Part shown: positions 47,346 through 63,115 of the stretch, in pieces | Numbering within the stretch: the stretch's first letter is position 1 | How the letters are laid out: every line of letters starts with the position of its first letter | From: Octopus sinensis | Taxonomy: Eukaryota | Direction of reading: 5' to 3' | Length of the DNA stretch: 64,000 nucleotides | NCBI RefSeq assembly: GCF_006345805.1 | Contig: NC_043006.1 | Span: 52,700,001 to 52,764,000 of the forward strand | The notes under the pieces: generated by a model | What the model was told of the DNA's origin: nothing | The model's database searches: none | What the model saw: the letters and a program-made list of their open reading frames with translations, nothing else | Made by a program: the position numbers and the translations under genes

Positions 47346-48410
47346 TTCGTACGTGTGTGTGTGTGTGTGTGTGTGTGAGTGTGTGTACGTGTGTGTGTGT
47401 GTACGATAGTTTATGATCTAACAGCCTTAGCTGCCAAGAGTTTTCTTTAGTTATTTTTATCCCATAATTGAAAATCAAAATTTGGCTACTAGTAATGATA
47501 ATACATGAATGTGGAAGCAAAACGTAGCGTGTGTAAATTCATATGAATCTATGTGCATCCACAAAGACAATAGATAAATTAGTTTGTAGTCGCATAGATT
47601 CTTTGTTAACATATAAAAACACAAGGTTCATTGGGACATCAATTTCTGATATTAAAACGGAGTAGAATTAATTATTAAAAGATAACCGATGAGATCTTGT
47701 GCTAATCCATCTTATTTTTTAATATTTTGTAATACACACACACCCCCCAAAAGATACACACACCAAAATAATCAAATACACACATGCACACGCACGCACA
47801 CGCATGCATACGCGTACACATGCGCGCGCGCACGCATGCACACACATGCGCTCGCGCACACACACGTACTCGCACAAATTACTGCTGAACAGCAGTAATG
47901 GGTTAAAGGAATTTTAACTATTTTACAATTAAATTAACACTTAACATGAGCATTGTTCTCGTGGGATTATATAAATTACATAATTATTTTTTCTTGAAAC
48001 CAGATATGGATCTACAAATAATCTTAAATACAGATCCATGCAATAATTTTTTTTAAAATATCCTTCAACACATGGTTAATGAATATATTACTTTTAGCCA
48101 GGGCGCACGTCGTTATTATTGGTATGCTGATAAACAATATAGATCTCATATCCAGTCCGTAACATTACATGAGTAAGATATATTTATTAATCACTTTTCT
48201 AGTTACCGTTTATAATAGAAATACTGTTCTATATTGCCTATCGGAAAATAATCATCTATTCACTAAATTTACCACGTTCAATACGACGAACTTGTCACCA
48301 CCATCTATAGTATTGCATACAACGACCACATATTAATATAAGTCTATCAAGAATCATATATCAAAAAATTGAGTCTGCAACAGCAAATTGCTTAGATGAA
48401 CAATATATAT

Positions 48411-48640
48411 TTCTTTACTACCCACAAGGGGCTAAACATAGAGGGGACAAACAAGGACAGACAAAGGGATTAAGTCGATTACATCGACCCCAGTGCGTAA
48501 CTGGTACTTAATTTATCGACCCCGAAAGGATGAAAGGCAAAGTCGACCTCGGCGGAATTTGAACTCGGAACGTAACGACAGACGAAATACTGCTACGAAT
48601 TTCGCCCAGCGTGCTAACGTTTCTACCAGCTCGCCGCCTT
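48411..48640 (-). mobile_element. Full-length Nin/Deu-domain SINE monomer
   Basis: Head at about 48580-48640, Nin core, and tail tttctttactacccacaaggggc. Confidence 0.85.
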
Positions 48641-50034
48641 GAGCAATATATATGTAGGATACAAGTGTCTTCACGAGTTTTACGAATTTGTATGCAAAAA
48701 TGATTGATAACAATTCATGGAAAATATAGACTAAATTGGTTCTCAGAAGGATTTCTTATTTCGAGTCAGAAAATACGTTAGTAATTTCTAACCGTTTACG
48801 AAGTACATGCAGATGTAATTCACAGCAGCTAATTAACTCTCAGAGCCCTGCTGCTACTCATTCTATGAATGTGGCATGTTTCCTTTATTTTATATCACAA
48901 ATAATGAAACTCACAAATAATGAAACATCTGGACTCGCAAGCTAAATCGGTCAATACTGAAATCTAACCGATCAAGAGGTTTTTCCATTTCCTTCATAGC
49001 TATCATTTAAAGTTATCTAAATTTATAAATACATTCTTGATTATTTCGTAACTTTCCGCTCTCAAGTACACATCTGTCACTCAAAAAACTGATATATCTG
49101 CAATTAAGGAAATTTTGCGTAATGTCGGGTTCCAAATGTCACACTCGCGTAACTGTAGATAACGCACAGACTGATATTTCAAAATGGCATTAAGCCACTT
49201 GTTTGCATTATATTTTGCGGAGCCTGGGGGTAGCGGAAATAGATGACAAACTAGGCAATATGTGTACACGCATGGCTGTGCGGTTAAAATCTTCGGCTCT
49301 CAACCTTTGCCACGATGTCTGTGGCCTGAAATTTGTTTATGCTTTGTTGTTGCATTTTGTCTTTCATTGTTGAATCGTAATCATTGTTTGGCAGAGAGAG
49401 AGAGAGAGAGTGAGAGAGAGTCAGAGTGTGTGTATAAGAGAGAAAGAGGGAAACAGACTAACAGACAGAAAGAAAAACCCTACATAAGAGGATCTCTCAA
49501 GGCTAATAACGCAGTATTCGGTGCTCTACCAAGACATCCTTGTTAAGTTGGATATAGAGAGTACCTTTTACGTATTAATACTACTTCCGTCGCTAATAAA
49601 TAATCTTTAATGAGTCTGCTGGCTATTTGCATCTGAAAAGATGCGGAAACTCTATCGTAGCAGCGATATTTGCTGGAATGCAGTGAAGGGTGCTTCCTAC
49701 TACGGAAGTGGAGTAGACCGAAATCACATGATATAGGAATTCCGCCGTCCATGACGGGCGAATTTCGTCCGCTACTACATATGTCCCAAACGCCTATATT
49801 AGACGATCTCTTAAGACTAATAACTAAGTATTCGGTGTTCTAACAAGGCATCCATGTCAAGATGGATATAAAAAGTACATTATACATACATACATACATA
49901 CATACATACATACATACACGTATGTACATTCGTACGTACGTATGTATGTATGTATGTATGTATGTATGTATGTATGTATGTATTATGTCTCAGGTCACTT
50001 TCGAGTGCTACTGGTAACATGTAACCCAGTACAA

Positions 50035-50360
50035 CCTGTTGCATGGTTGGGTCGTCGGCGACTAAACCGGCAACCCCACCAAGCTTGCTTGGTGAGGAGG
50101 GTGTTTATTGGACACCCTGCGGGATGAAAAACAAAACCCGTCAAAGGGCGAAGGAACTCTTGAGGGTCAACGGCATTCCAATAAATGTTTTAAGGCTGTA
50201 TCATGCGCGGGGACATAGAAATAATCGGACTGAATATCCGATCGCGCGGTTAAACCATTGGGAGTGAAGGACTCCTAGCCTTTGTTAGGGCATCCTTCTG
50301 GGAGAAGGTACCTCAGGTAACTGGGATAACTCCGACATAAAATCTGCGGCTCAGTGGTTA
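50035..50360 (+). mobile_element. Short non-coding element carrying an RTE-type 5' leader
   Basis: The first 150-170 bp or so align with 34317-34480. It ends in gatgatg and has no ORF. Confidence 0.7.
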
Positions 50361-51722
50361 CCGATGATGTTGACTTGTTCTTCTTTTCGGATTATGGCTG
50401 CTGTTGCTTAGTGTGTGGGATTGACTTTGTGCACAGCCTTTCCTCGCTTCAAATAAAATCTTCTTGCACAGGCAATGCACGATAACAACATTGATTAAGC
50501 TTCGTGCAATGACCATACTCGATAACGAGGGGGCAGCCACCATGTATGTATATTGATATACATTCACAGACACGTCGGCTAAATGCGAAAGTGAATGTGT
50601 GAATTGCGATTTCAAAACACAAGTAAAAATTAGAAACATTAAAAGCTTCACATCCTCTTTGTATGGCTCTGTTTGTCCGGAGTATGCAATGGAATTTTAT
50701 TTCTACTATTAATGCTTTTGAGAGTTACACAAAACATCTTTCATTTGTTAATCTACACAGAGAAATGAATATATGACTAGTTTCTTTTTCTGAACACTCA
50801 TCTCATGAGATAGATATGTTTGAAACTAAACCTGCATTTCTATAAGTTGTAAATGTCTTGTTTAGGTTCTCCGAGACATGCAATTTAGAGATAAAGACTT
50901 GTGTAAGCGCGCCCTGCAACTAGCACTATCGTACCATTTCTCAATAACAGTTTTCACATCAGTTACTACCATTTACTAACTATATTCGCAGTGTTTGTCA
51001 TATTATTTAAATTATGCTAAAGTAGTCTAACATTAACATAATACATGGGTGTTAAAACAATAAGGTATTAGAACATAGCCGGGTTTAATGAGGCTAGAGG
51101 TTTAGCATTTATTCTGAGTGTATTTTAATCTGGTAGTGCTTAGCGGGATGCCAACGATGTCGTAATGGTTGTGCTAGTATTTGTTCAATATTGTTATAGA
51201 TGAGTTTCAGTTTTCGAGTCCGCTTCTCTACATACTAACAAATATCGCGGCAGCGCCAAAATTTACTCCGTAAGGAAGTTACATTTACATTTTCGTCTAT
51301 ACGTAGTCTTTGGATAAGTCTGTATGCGACCTCTGATCATGCAAAGAGTGTGTTTTGTGTTCATAATAAGAAACGCCGACAAAAACTTTCATTTTTGTAT
51401 TAATGTTTATTTAAGCATGTGGAACCACTATCAGATCATAAATTCCTATCAAGTAGTTTGAGTCCCTTATCCCATGAATGCACACCACGAATAATATCTT
51501 AAAACATACAAAAGACTAGCAACATTCGTGAAGAGTAAAATACTATGGTACAGCTTCTTATAACAGAAATATACTTTTGATATTCCACTCGCCATATGAA
51601 TAACTATAGCATTTTAATCACTCCATTTACTTGCTAAATGGAGAGATTCTTCGGTGACAATTCAGAATCGAATGGTTCGAATCTAAATATGAATATAATT
51701 AGAAATGCATATAATAAGAAAT

Positions 51723-51990
51723 GTGGAGGCTCATGGCCCAGTGGTCGAGGTATCGCAGGTTCGAATCTCAGATCGGGCGATGTGTGTGTTTATGAGCGAG
51801 ACGCCTAAGCTCCACGCGGCTCCAGCAGAAGGTAATGGCGAACTTCTGATGACTTTTTCCCCACAACTTTCTCTTAGTCTTTCCTCCTGCATCTAGCAGT
51901 TCACCTGAGACGGACCGGCGTCCCGTCCACGTGTGGAACCTATACGTATACGCCAATGGAACCGGAAAACCGATCCTTATGAGCAACAAC
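51723..51990 (+). mobile_element. tRNA-derived SINE with a V-domain-like segment and a 12-bp TSD
   Basis: ggttcgaatc B-box; cctgagacggaccggcgtcccgtcca; ATAATAAGAAAT at 51711-51722 and 51991-52002. Confidence 0.85.
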
Positions 51991-52894
51991 ATAATAAGAA
52001 ATACGACTCCTGAAATTATTGCAGAATGTCGTGTTCGAAAGTTAGTGTTGTAAGACCGACATAGCAGTTAGTGGTTTGTTCTCTGTAGAACGGCTTTTCA
52101 AGAAAAAAAAAAAAAGAATCATTTCTCGAAATTGACGTATAATCACTGTGGTTAGTTGTAAGTTGTGTGAAATATTAGAATATTCATAAATGCGATGTGA
52201 ATCAATTTCATGGAAAGAAATAACACAAAGAAAATCTTTTTTTTATCTAGAAATTAAATTTACTGAAGTAAAAAAAAATACAGATAATAACGGTTAAATA
52301 GCAACAGTAAAAAAATATATGGAAAAGCAATTGCAAACAAAATATCTAGAATAAAAGAAATTATAAACTTTATAACTGATTTGAAATAACATACTTTTCT
52401 AAAATTATATTCCTTCTGAAAGTATTTACAGAGAAATTATACATCTTTCGTGATCCGTGTGCAAATAATTTTTTTCTAACCTTTTTCCTTTTCCCTGGGG
52501 TTTTACTTTAAATAAGCTGATCAAAAGATAATAGTTATATCTTCTGTAAATTGTATCTGTTTACTGTCAGCCTGTTATTATCCAGGATGTGCACTTTAAT
52601 GGAATGCATCCTCAATTTTTCTGTTTTATCAACTATCTATGTTACAGAGTTTTCGAAAGCAGGTAAGTTTCTTACAAACAATGCTTTTTAAAAGGAACAA
52701 CTTTACGTCCTACAATTACTTTAACAAATCCATAAAATGTACCAATAATATTGTGCAGAATTTATGAAAAAATATAATTTTGAGGAAATTGATCAGATAA
52801 AAATGCGCTGTGAACAAAGAAAGACCAACTAAACAATATTTTAAAATATGATAGTCAGATCTTTTTCTTACAAGAAATCAATGTTCCACATATA

Positions 52895-53778
52895 CGAGAT
52901 GGTATCAAAAAGTTCTTGTACTAGTTATGTTTAATAAAAAAAAAATAACTTCGAAATTGTCACCCTGCGCAGCAGTACACTGGTCCCATGGTTCCTGCCG
53001 CTTTTGGAATCCGGCTTGGAAGTAATTTTTCCGTAAGCGTGTTGAGGACCTTCTGCGAATTGCTTTTGATCTCGATAACAGTGTTAAAACTACCTTTAAG
53101 CTGCATTTTTATCTTGGGGAAGAGATGAAAGTCCGTAGGCGTTAATTCTGGTGAAGAGGGCTGGTGCGGGAGCGATACCGTGTTATTTTGGGCGAGAAAC
53201 TCACGAGTGGGGAGAGCTGTGACAGGGTGCATTGTTGTCATGAAGAATCCAAGTCTTCATGCTCCACAGATCCGGTTGCTTTCGCTGAATGTCCTCTGAA
53301 ATGCTTCTAAATGTTGCAGTAGAACTCTCGATTGGCGGTCTGGCCCAGGGTGATAAATTTTCAATGCACAATTCCACGGATGTCATAAAAAACGATGAGC
53401 ATATTCTTGATTGAGCTGCGGCACTGTTGTGTCTCTTGAAGCGCCCGTGCCACTCGAAACATTGCGTATGACCTCGTTTCCGTACGACCTCGTTTCCATA
53501 AGCTTGCCCAAGCATGCTCAGTGTCTCTGTAGCAGACTTACCAAGTTTAACGCAAAATTTCACATTGACTCTTTGTTCCAACTTCTTGTCCATGACAACA
53601 ATTGCAGACTAGAGCATACACGTGATCACAAAAACACAAATTCCACAACTTGCAAAGTAAACACAGCACTGTCACTCGGCATGAAGGTTACTGCTAGTCC
53701 TCAGTGCACACGCAACCGTGTGCTGCCATATATTGGCGCGCTACAGAAGTAGTCTGAGAATTTTTTAATACTACCTCC
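52895..53778 (-). mobile_element. Mariner element with a deleted and frameshifted transposase
   Basis: MDKKLEQRVNVKFCVKLGKSATETLSMLGQAYG (HTH), WILHDNNAPCH and SPELTPTDFHLFPKIK. Imperfect TIRs with TA flanks. Confidence 0.9.
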
Positions 53779-54620
53779 TACTTGTGGTATAGTGATAGTA
53801 ACGATATTTATAATAGAGTAAATCTATTCCTAGATTTTAAAGCTCACAAGATCCTATCAACTAGAAATTTCTACAGAAACAATGGCTCATTTTTCGAAGA
53901 AAACACAGAAAAACAGACTTTAGATTATCCCAGATATACTTTTCGTGCCTTACCTCCTACACAACAGCAGCACCAAAAATGAAAAATATGCAAATCAAGT
54001 GCTGAAATGAGAAGAACAAAATAATGAGACAGAAGCGGATTCCTTGCGTAGTATTCTCTTCCCTATGACTTACCATGCGACCCCAGAATTGTTGAACTGG
54101 CATAAATCGGCACAGCTCTAACGCTCTACATACCAAACAAAAGAGTTGTATAGGTATTTCCAGTAAATTTGAGCTTGTTGCTAGCATTGAAATAAAGTAT
54201 TGCCTGATCTGGGCATGTGATTGTTACGTTACATTGAATTACGAAAGCTAGGCGTTTACAAGCCACAAGATAGCTTCAGAAACACCGGCTAAATGATACT
54301 GAAGCCCTTAAAGTGTCAAATGTAACACAATTTTATGTAATATATTGCACGTGATTAGCGCCTATCCAAAAATGTCATTCAAGTGCTACCTTCCAAAGTT
54401 GAATGATGTTACTAGAATAATTTACCGTACCACACATAAGAAAGACTACCTTGAGTAAATAGAGAAAATATTTGTTGTTCAGTATGTGCCTTTCAACACA
54501 TGAATTCCCATCAATGCTTCCGACAAGCAAACATAACAGACGTGATATAGTTCTTTGGGACAGAAAAGGAACATATATATACGTGCGTGCGTGCGTGTGC
54601 GTGTTTGTGTACGTGTATGT

Positions 54621-54722
<102 letters not shown>

Positions 54723-54924
54723 ACACTTATATAGGTTAGCCGCTAGCAGATGTGAAATTTCTTTCAAAACCAGTGAGAAGGAGAATATTTACGGAAAACT
54801 ATTTCGAAATATACAGGTTCTTTACGTTGATTATGCTAATAACTATCTAAGTAGTTACCATGGAAAACTAGATTATATTTGTATATCTAGGATACATGTT
54901 TTCCATTGTGAATAAGTGAGTATA

Positions 54925-56373
54925 CGATGTCTGATCAATAAGTATCCGGACTGTTGCCATAGTAACGAAGCTAAAGCATGCAGTGAAGCCGCTTGGCACG
55001 GATTGACCCCTATTTCTGCTGTGCATGTGCACTAAGTTTTAACATTCTAGCTCACTTCCGTTGTTTACAGCAGTTCTTGTAATTAACGTGTATAGCGTGT
55101 GACCGTCGCATCGACAATGACAGAAATTTGAGCAGATAATCTGCATCAAATTTTTTCAAAAGCTTGGCGATACCTGCTCAGAGTCCTATGCAAAGTTGCA
55201 GAAAGTGTATGGAGAGGGGTTTGTGAGCAGTATACAAGTGTACGATAAGTTACCAAAACATGTCGATAATGACGAACGTTCTGGGAGACTCGCAACCAGC
55301 AGAACTGAGAAACATGTCGATGTGCGTGCAGCTGAGAAGGGGAAATCGTCGAATTCCCATCCGTGGGTTATTAGAGGATGTGCAGATTAGTTACAGTTCA
55401 GTTCAGTCCATTATCACTGGAGATTTGGCTATGAGACGTATGTCTGCCAAGTTTGTGTCAAAACTATTGGGTTGTCCGGAAAAGTTCGTGCCGATTTATA
55501 GTAGCTTACCTTTCGACTTATTTTAGAACATGGTTGAGTCCATAAAATAGGATTTGACTACACCTCCATTTAGAGCACAATTTAAGCTATCTTTTCGTGG
55601 AAGAAGGTTTACGTTCCTATTACCTGTGATAATTCTGTAACCCTTTAAAATGGAAGATAAGAAAGTTCATTTTCGGCACTTGATGCTTTGGAAACCAGAC
55701 AAAAATTGTTGCAGCTCGGCTGGGATGTGTTACCCCACCCTCCATATACACCAGGTATTGCTCCTTTGGATTTCCACTTATTCAGGCCTCTGCAGAATAG
55801 TCTTAATGGTAAAAATTTCAATACCTTGATGAATTCTTTGCCATGAAACCACCTCAATTCTGGGAAGAGGGTATTTTCAAGTTCAGGAAAAGATGGAGAC
55901 GTATTGTGCAACAAAAGGGTTCATATTTGGTTGATTAAAAATGTAATGGCAAGTATTTATTGACCTTTTTCTTTCCTTTAAAAATCGGCACGAAACTTTC
56001 CGGACAACCCAATACTTCAGCTGACCAAAAAGACACTCGAGTTTCAGTTGCACAAAATCTCATTGACTGTGTCGAGAACGATGAAAAGTTTTTGAAAAAT
56101 TTGCGTAGGCCTCTGAGCAGCTATCACGAAGCATTTGGCAAAATTTGATGCAGATTCTCTGCTCAACTTTCTCCGTCATGGTCAATCCGATGAACATACG
56201 CTACACACGTCACTTCGAAGCACTACTGTAAACAGCGGAAGTGAACTAGAACGTTAAAACTTAGTGCGCATGCACAGTAGAGTTCAGGGTCAATCTGCGC
56301 CAAGTGGTTTTACTCTGTGTGCTTTAGCTTCGTTACTATGGTAACAGTCCGGATACTTATTGATCAGACCACG
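54925..56373 (+). mobile_element. Mariner derivative with very long (about 250 bp) terminal inverted repeats
   Basis: tctgatcaataagtatccggactgttgccatagtaacgaagctaaagca... is mirrored at 56222-56373. The inversion extends into the transposase start (55110-55170 versus 56130-56195). Confidence 0.85.
55467..56012 (+). mobile_element. Nested non-autonomous mariner inserted at TA
   Basis: TIR ttgggttgtccggaaaagttcgtgccgattt, TA at 55465-55466 and 56013-56014, and the remnant LGWDVLPHPPYTPGIAPLDFHLFR. Confidence 0.9.
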
Positions 56374-56951
56374 TGATGAGACATTGGTAATAAAGTTAAA
56401 CAATTTAAAGTTGTATAACTAGGTCTGATGGTATTTTGGAAGTTATTTATATAGTTTCTTAATTAGCAGGTTAGAATGGTAACATTAACTACATTCGTTA
56501 AACATTTATAACCTATGCACATTCAAGGTGGGTTACCAATATGTGGACTTTTCAACACAACAAAAATAGAAACATGGTAAAACCTAGAATCCGCTGTAAG
56601 TGTTGGTAGCTTGTGTCAGCCACAGTAACGAAGGAGAGCTTTCCTTGAGGTGAGAACAATCTGTCACATATTTGAGAGTGAAAGGGAGAGAAAGAGACAG
56701 AGAGACATAGAAAGACAGAGACACTGAGAGAGAGAAAGAGAGAGATTGAACAGCAGCTATTCTGGTGCATCACCTTGCGGGATCAGTTGAAAAAATCGAG
56801 TTCAACGCTTATTTTAATTCTGGTACTATTTTCTATCGTTCTCTTTTACCGAACCCCTGGTTTACAGGAACATAAATAAAACAACACCGATTGTCAAAGG
56901 ATGGTAGGAGTGACAAACAAACACACGCACTTACATTAAATACACACACAT

Positions 56952-56982
<31 letters not shown>

Positions 56983-57055
56983 CAGATACACATATATATG
57001 GTTAGATAGATAGATAGAGATATATATATATAAACAGACAGACAGACAGACAGAC

Positions 57056-57106
<51 letters not shown>

Positions 57107-57158
57107 CTCATACATACACACATACACACATACATACATACATACAGACATACATACA

Positions 57159-57190
<32 letters not shown>

Positions 57191-57539
57191 AACATGTATT
57201 AAGTCATATCTTGTGTATATATGCGTAAAGTCATTAGCGTAGTCATATCAACTACACTTGGACGTGAGAAAACCTTTCACTGTGGAAATATTCTCCTCCT
57301 AGAAAACGTCTGAAAGCACATTGGGATATAAATGACGTCAGTAGCTCATAGGATGTATGCGTTTCGGCGTTATTACGCGTCATAAGCCACAAATACCAAA
57401 TGTGTGTTACGCTGCTCGAAAAGGACAAATAGTTCTTAAATTAGAACAGCAAACAGTACAGTACATTTGCTGAAAGCTGCTTTAAATAACAGCAGCTTGT
57501 CAAGCTTTACGCACATCATTTAGCAGAATCATTTCCGCC

Positions 57540-57913
57540 TACAATCGATGTAGAAGAGATATCTCAGACAGTTTGTGGACAAAGGCGCGCTCGATCTCTT
57601 CTGTTTGCAGTTTCGTCTTTGTCAGACACATATCTAAGAGAGGCAAGATAGTAAGACATTTTCTTATCGATTCATTCAATGTCTTAGTTTCGCTAGTGCC
57701 TTATAGGCTTCCATCTTCCTTCTATTACAATCGATGTAGAAGAGATATCTCAGACAGTTTGTGGACAAAGGCGCGCTCGATCTCTTCTGTTTGTAATTTC
57801 TTTTTATCAGACGCATAACTAAGAGACACTAAGATAGTAAGACATTTTCTTATCGATTCATTCAATGTCTTAGTTTCGCTAGTGCCTTATAGGCTGCCGT
57901 CTTCCTTCTATTA
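57540..57913 (+). repeat. Tandem duplication, 2 x 186 bp
   Basis: tacaatcgatgtagaagagatatctc begins at 57540 and at 57726. Confidence 0.95.
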
Positions 57914-58339
57914 TTCTCGCCAAGACATTGTATAATTTTTTGTTCTAATGAAAAGCTACAAAAACAAAAGACACTGCTTAATCTGTGAGACGTCACACTA
58001 ACTTGCTATCAAATATTCTAATGGAAAAACAAAATAATTGCTATTTTGCTGAAAGTGCAGAAATATATTTTCTGTGAAATGTATACGAAACTTCTGCTAT
58101 AAGGCAGGATACAGATACATCTTTGTTTCTATGTATGTATATGTGCACACACAAACACACACACGCACACACACACACACACACAAACGCACACATACAC
58201 TCATCTACACACACATCATGTACGTATATACATACATGTATATATATACATGTATGTGTTTGTGTCTTAGTAAACCTTGTAAATATGTGTGTGTACGTGT
58301 ATATATGTATATGTATATGTATATATATATGTATATCAT

Positions 58340-60768
<2,429 letters not shown>

Positions 60769-62294
60769 GATGTATGTGTATGTGTCTGCATGTTTGAGTG
60801 TGTGTGTGTACTTCTATATATTAAAGAATACAGAATATACTCTGCCTCTCATACACACCGCATGTTATTAATTAGATGGTTCGGTAGAGCTTTCAGATCT
60901 GCGCATCTAGTTTGTAGGACGAGGTTGGGGTAGTTGTGACCGTTATCGATGGGACGATGTAACTGTCATCTTGAGATCTGGAAAAACAGTTTTCTAGCAT
61001 GGCCCTTGCCATATTTAAAACAAACTAAAGAACTAAAAATGCACAGAGATGATATATTTGTACATATTCTTACAAACAACGCGCAGAGATCAATAACATG
61101 CATTTTATGCATTACTCATGGTGGCAACATTTGTTAAACTACCGCATGACGCATAAAAGCAATAAATGATTGAGAGACTATTGACCGTTCGGTTTAATCT
61201 TTACCATTTGGCCGCTGTTTGTTTTAAACAGAGTTTACTCTGTTGTGTGCTTTCAAAACACGATGTCCATTTTGCTCGAAGATAGGTCGATATTTTAATG
61301 AATCGTTTTAGCTACTGACCCTTGTCTTACATTGCATCACTGTTTGTTAGAGCTTACGAGTGGAAGTGGTTTTCTAGGAGAATCTCTACCTCTACCTCCG
61401 GCTAGATATGACAGCTTGTAGGTCTCGTTAGTAACTTTTTTCAGTAACTAACCACAGCCACCGAATTCTTCCAGCTAAGTTACAGTGTTTGCATTAATGA
61501 TCAGAAATTATCAATGAGCTACCACTCCTCCCTTCTTTCCATCGCCTTTTCCGTCAAATGCTACTATAGTTGTGGTTTTGCTCTTTTTGCTTTCATATTG
61601 CGATATATTGAAAATCAAATGGTTGCTCATACGCCATGAGAATTATAGCAGTCTAAAATCATGATATATACAGATTGAAAATTGACAAATTACAGTCGTA
61701 GACGAAAGTAAGGATGACGACGAAAATGGTGCTTTTCAGTAAATCAGTTAAAATATTGTTCTTGTTGCAGTTATTTAACCTTCGGCTAGCCTTGTACAGG
61801 TAAACCTGTAATCAAAAATATTCTAGCTGTGACTAATACGTATTTTTCCCGGTTATTCAACGTCTTTTTTTATATAACTTAAGGTACGATTTGAGAGAGA
61901 TATGGCTGCTATTTCTAACAGGTTGGGCGTCCACGTAGAAGCTTTCTCATTGTTTCGTTTGCTTGAAGGTGAAGAGAGACAGCTGTCTCAGCATGAGCCT
62001 ATAAGCGAGAGAATATAAATGCGAGAAGGAGCTTGACTTGAACAGTAAGAGTAACTTTACATCTGCAACGATTCCTTGATTGGCTTTATGTGGTTCCTTC
62101 CTGAATCGGGCCCTCTTGTTTCATTTTTTGTTTATACTTTTATTTGTCATGACCGCTATTTATTTTTTTGCTTAATCGATTACACGTAAGCCGTTTTTCT
62201 AACTTTTCCAACTTTTTCCTTGTAATGTCCTGTCATGTTGCCCCTATGGCAAATAACGAAAGCACCCTCTCCAAATTTCTCCGATCGCATTAAT

Positions 62295-62482
62295 ACCTAT
62301 TTCTTTACTACCCACAAGGGGCTAAACATAGAGGGGACAAACAAGGACAGACAAACGGATTAAGTCGATTATATTGACCCCAAAGCCTAACTGGTACTTA
62401 ATTCATCGACCTCGAAAGGATGAAAGGCAAAGTCGACCTCGGCGGAATTTGAACTCAGAACGTAACGGCAGACGAAATACAG
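62295..62482 (-). mobile_element. Nin/Deu SINE unit with multimer-type ends
   Basis: Begins aatacctatttctttactacccacaagggg and ends ggcagacgaaatac, which is exactly one array unit. Confidence 0.8.
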
Positions 62483-62809
62483 TCGCTCCGAAATTTACAC
62501 TGGTTTCCATAACCTTCTCTTATGAACATTGAAAGAGTGTTTAAACTCGTCAAAGTCTACACTGAGTTCCGGAAGCACGGTTATTTATCTCAGTCGTCTC
62601 GCATTTAACGTATGTCAACAAGTTTGACTGCTGAAACAGCCATTATAACCGTGGTATCGGTAATTTAAATCTGCCGTTGGCCTTGGAAATAGATTTACTC
62701 ACCAAAGCGTAAAAGTTATTTTATCCAAAGATTTTTCAAAAGAAATGTAATAAGAAATGTGTAATTGCTAAAGCTCTTAATAGCAGTAATACTATGGTGA
62801 AACACAGCA

Positions 62810-63115
62810 GTGAATGGGGGGAAAAACAGTAAAAACAACAAGAACGGCGACGAAGGTAGCAAAGCGACCACTGCTAACAACAACAGAAGCAATACCGACA
62901 ACAGCGACAGCAACGACATAAAGAAGAAAATACTGAAACGGCAGAGAGAAAACATATTATTAACCATGACAAGAGTAACAGCAAAAATTGAGAATGTCAG
63001 TGAAAAGACGAAGAAAGGAAGTAAGGCCACCAACACTATCATCATAGCCAGCACTATCAAAAGTACCACGAAAAAATACACTATCTGAGAAAAAATAGCA
63101 ACAGCAATAACAAAA
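62810..63115. repeat. Decayed (AAC/AGC)-rich trinucleotide low-complexity region
   Basis: A/C-skewed triplet periodicity. The ORFs here have N/S/T/K or L/V/F bias only. Confidence 0.5.

Noticed and set aside
57540-57913. Hammerhead in the 186-bp repeat (gc-acta-gc-GAAAC on the minus strand)
   Set aside because: No CUGANGA upstream and no NUH closure.
62716-63088. Opposing 121-aa and 92-aa ORFs
   Set aside because: The composition reflects a decayed trinucleotide repeat. No domain and no convincing splice signals.
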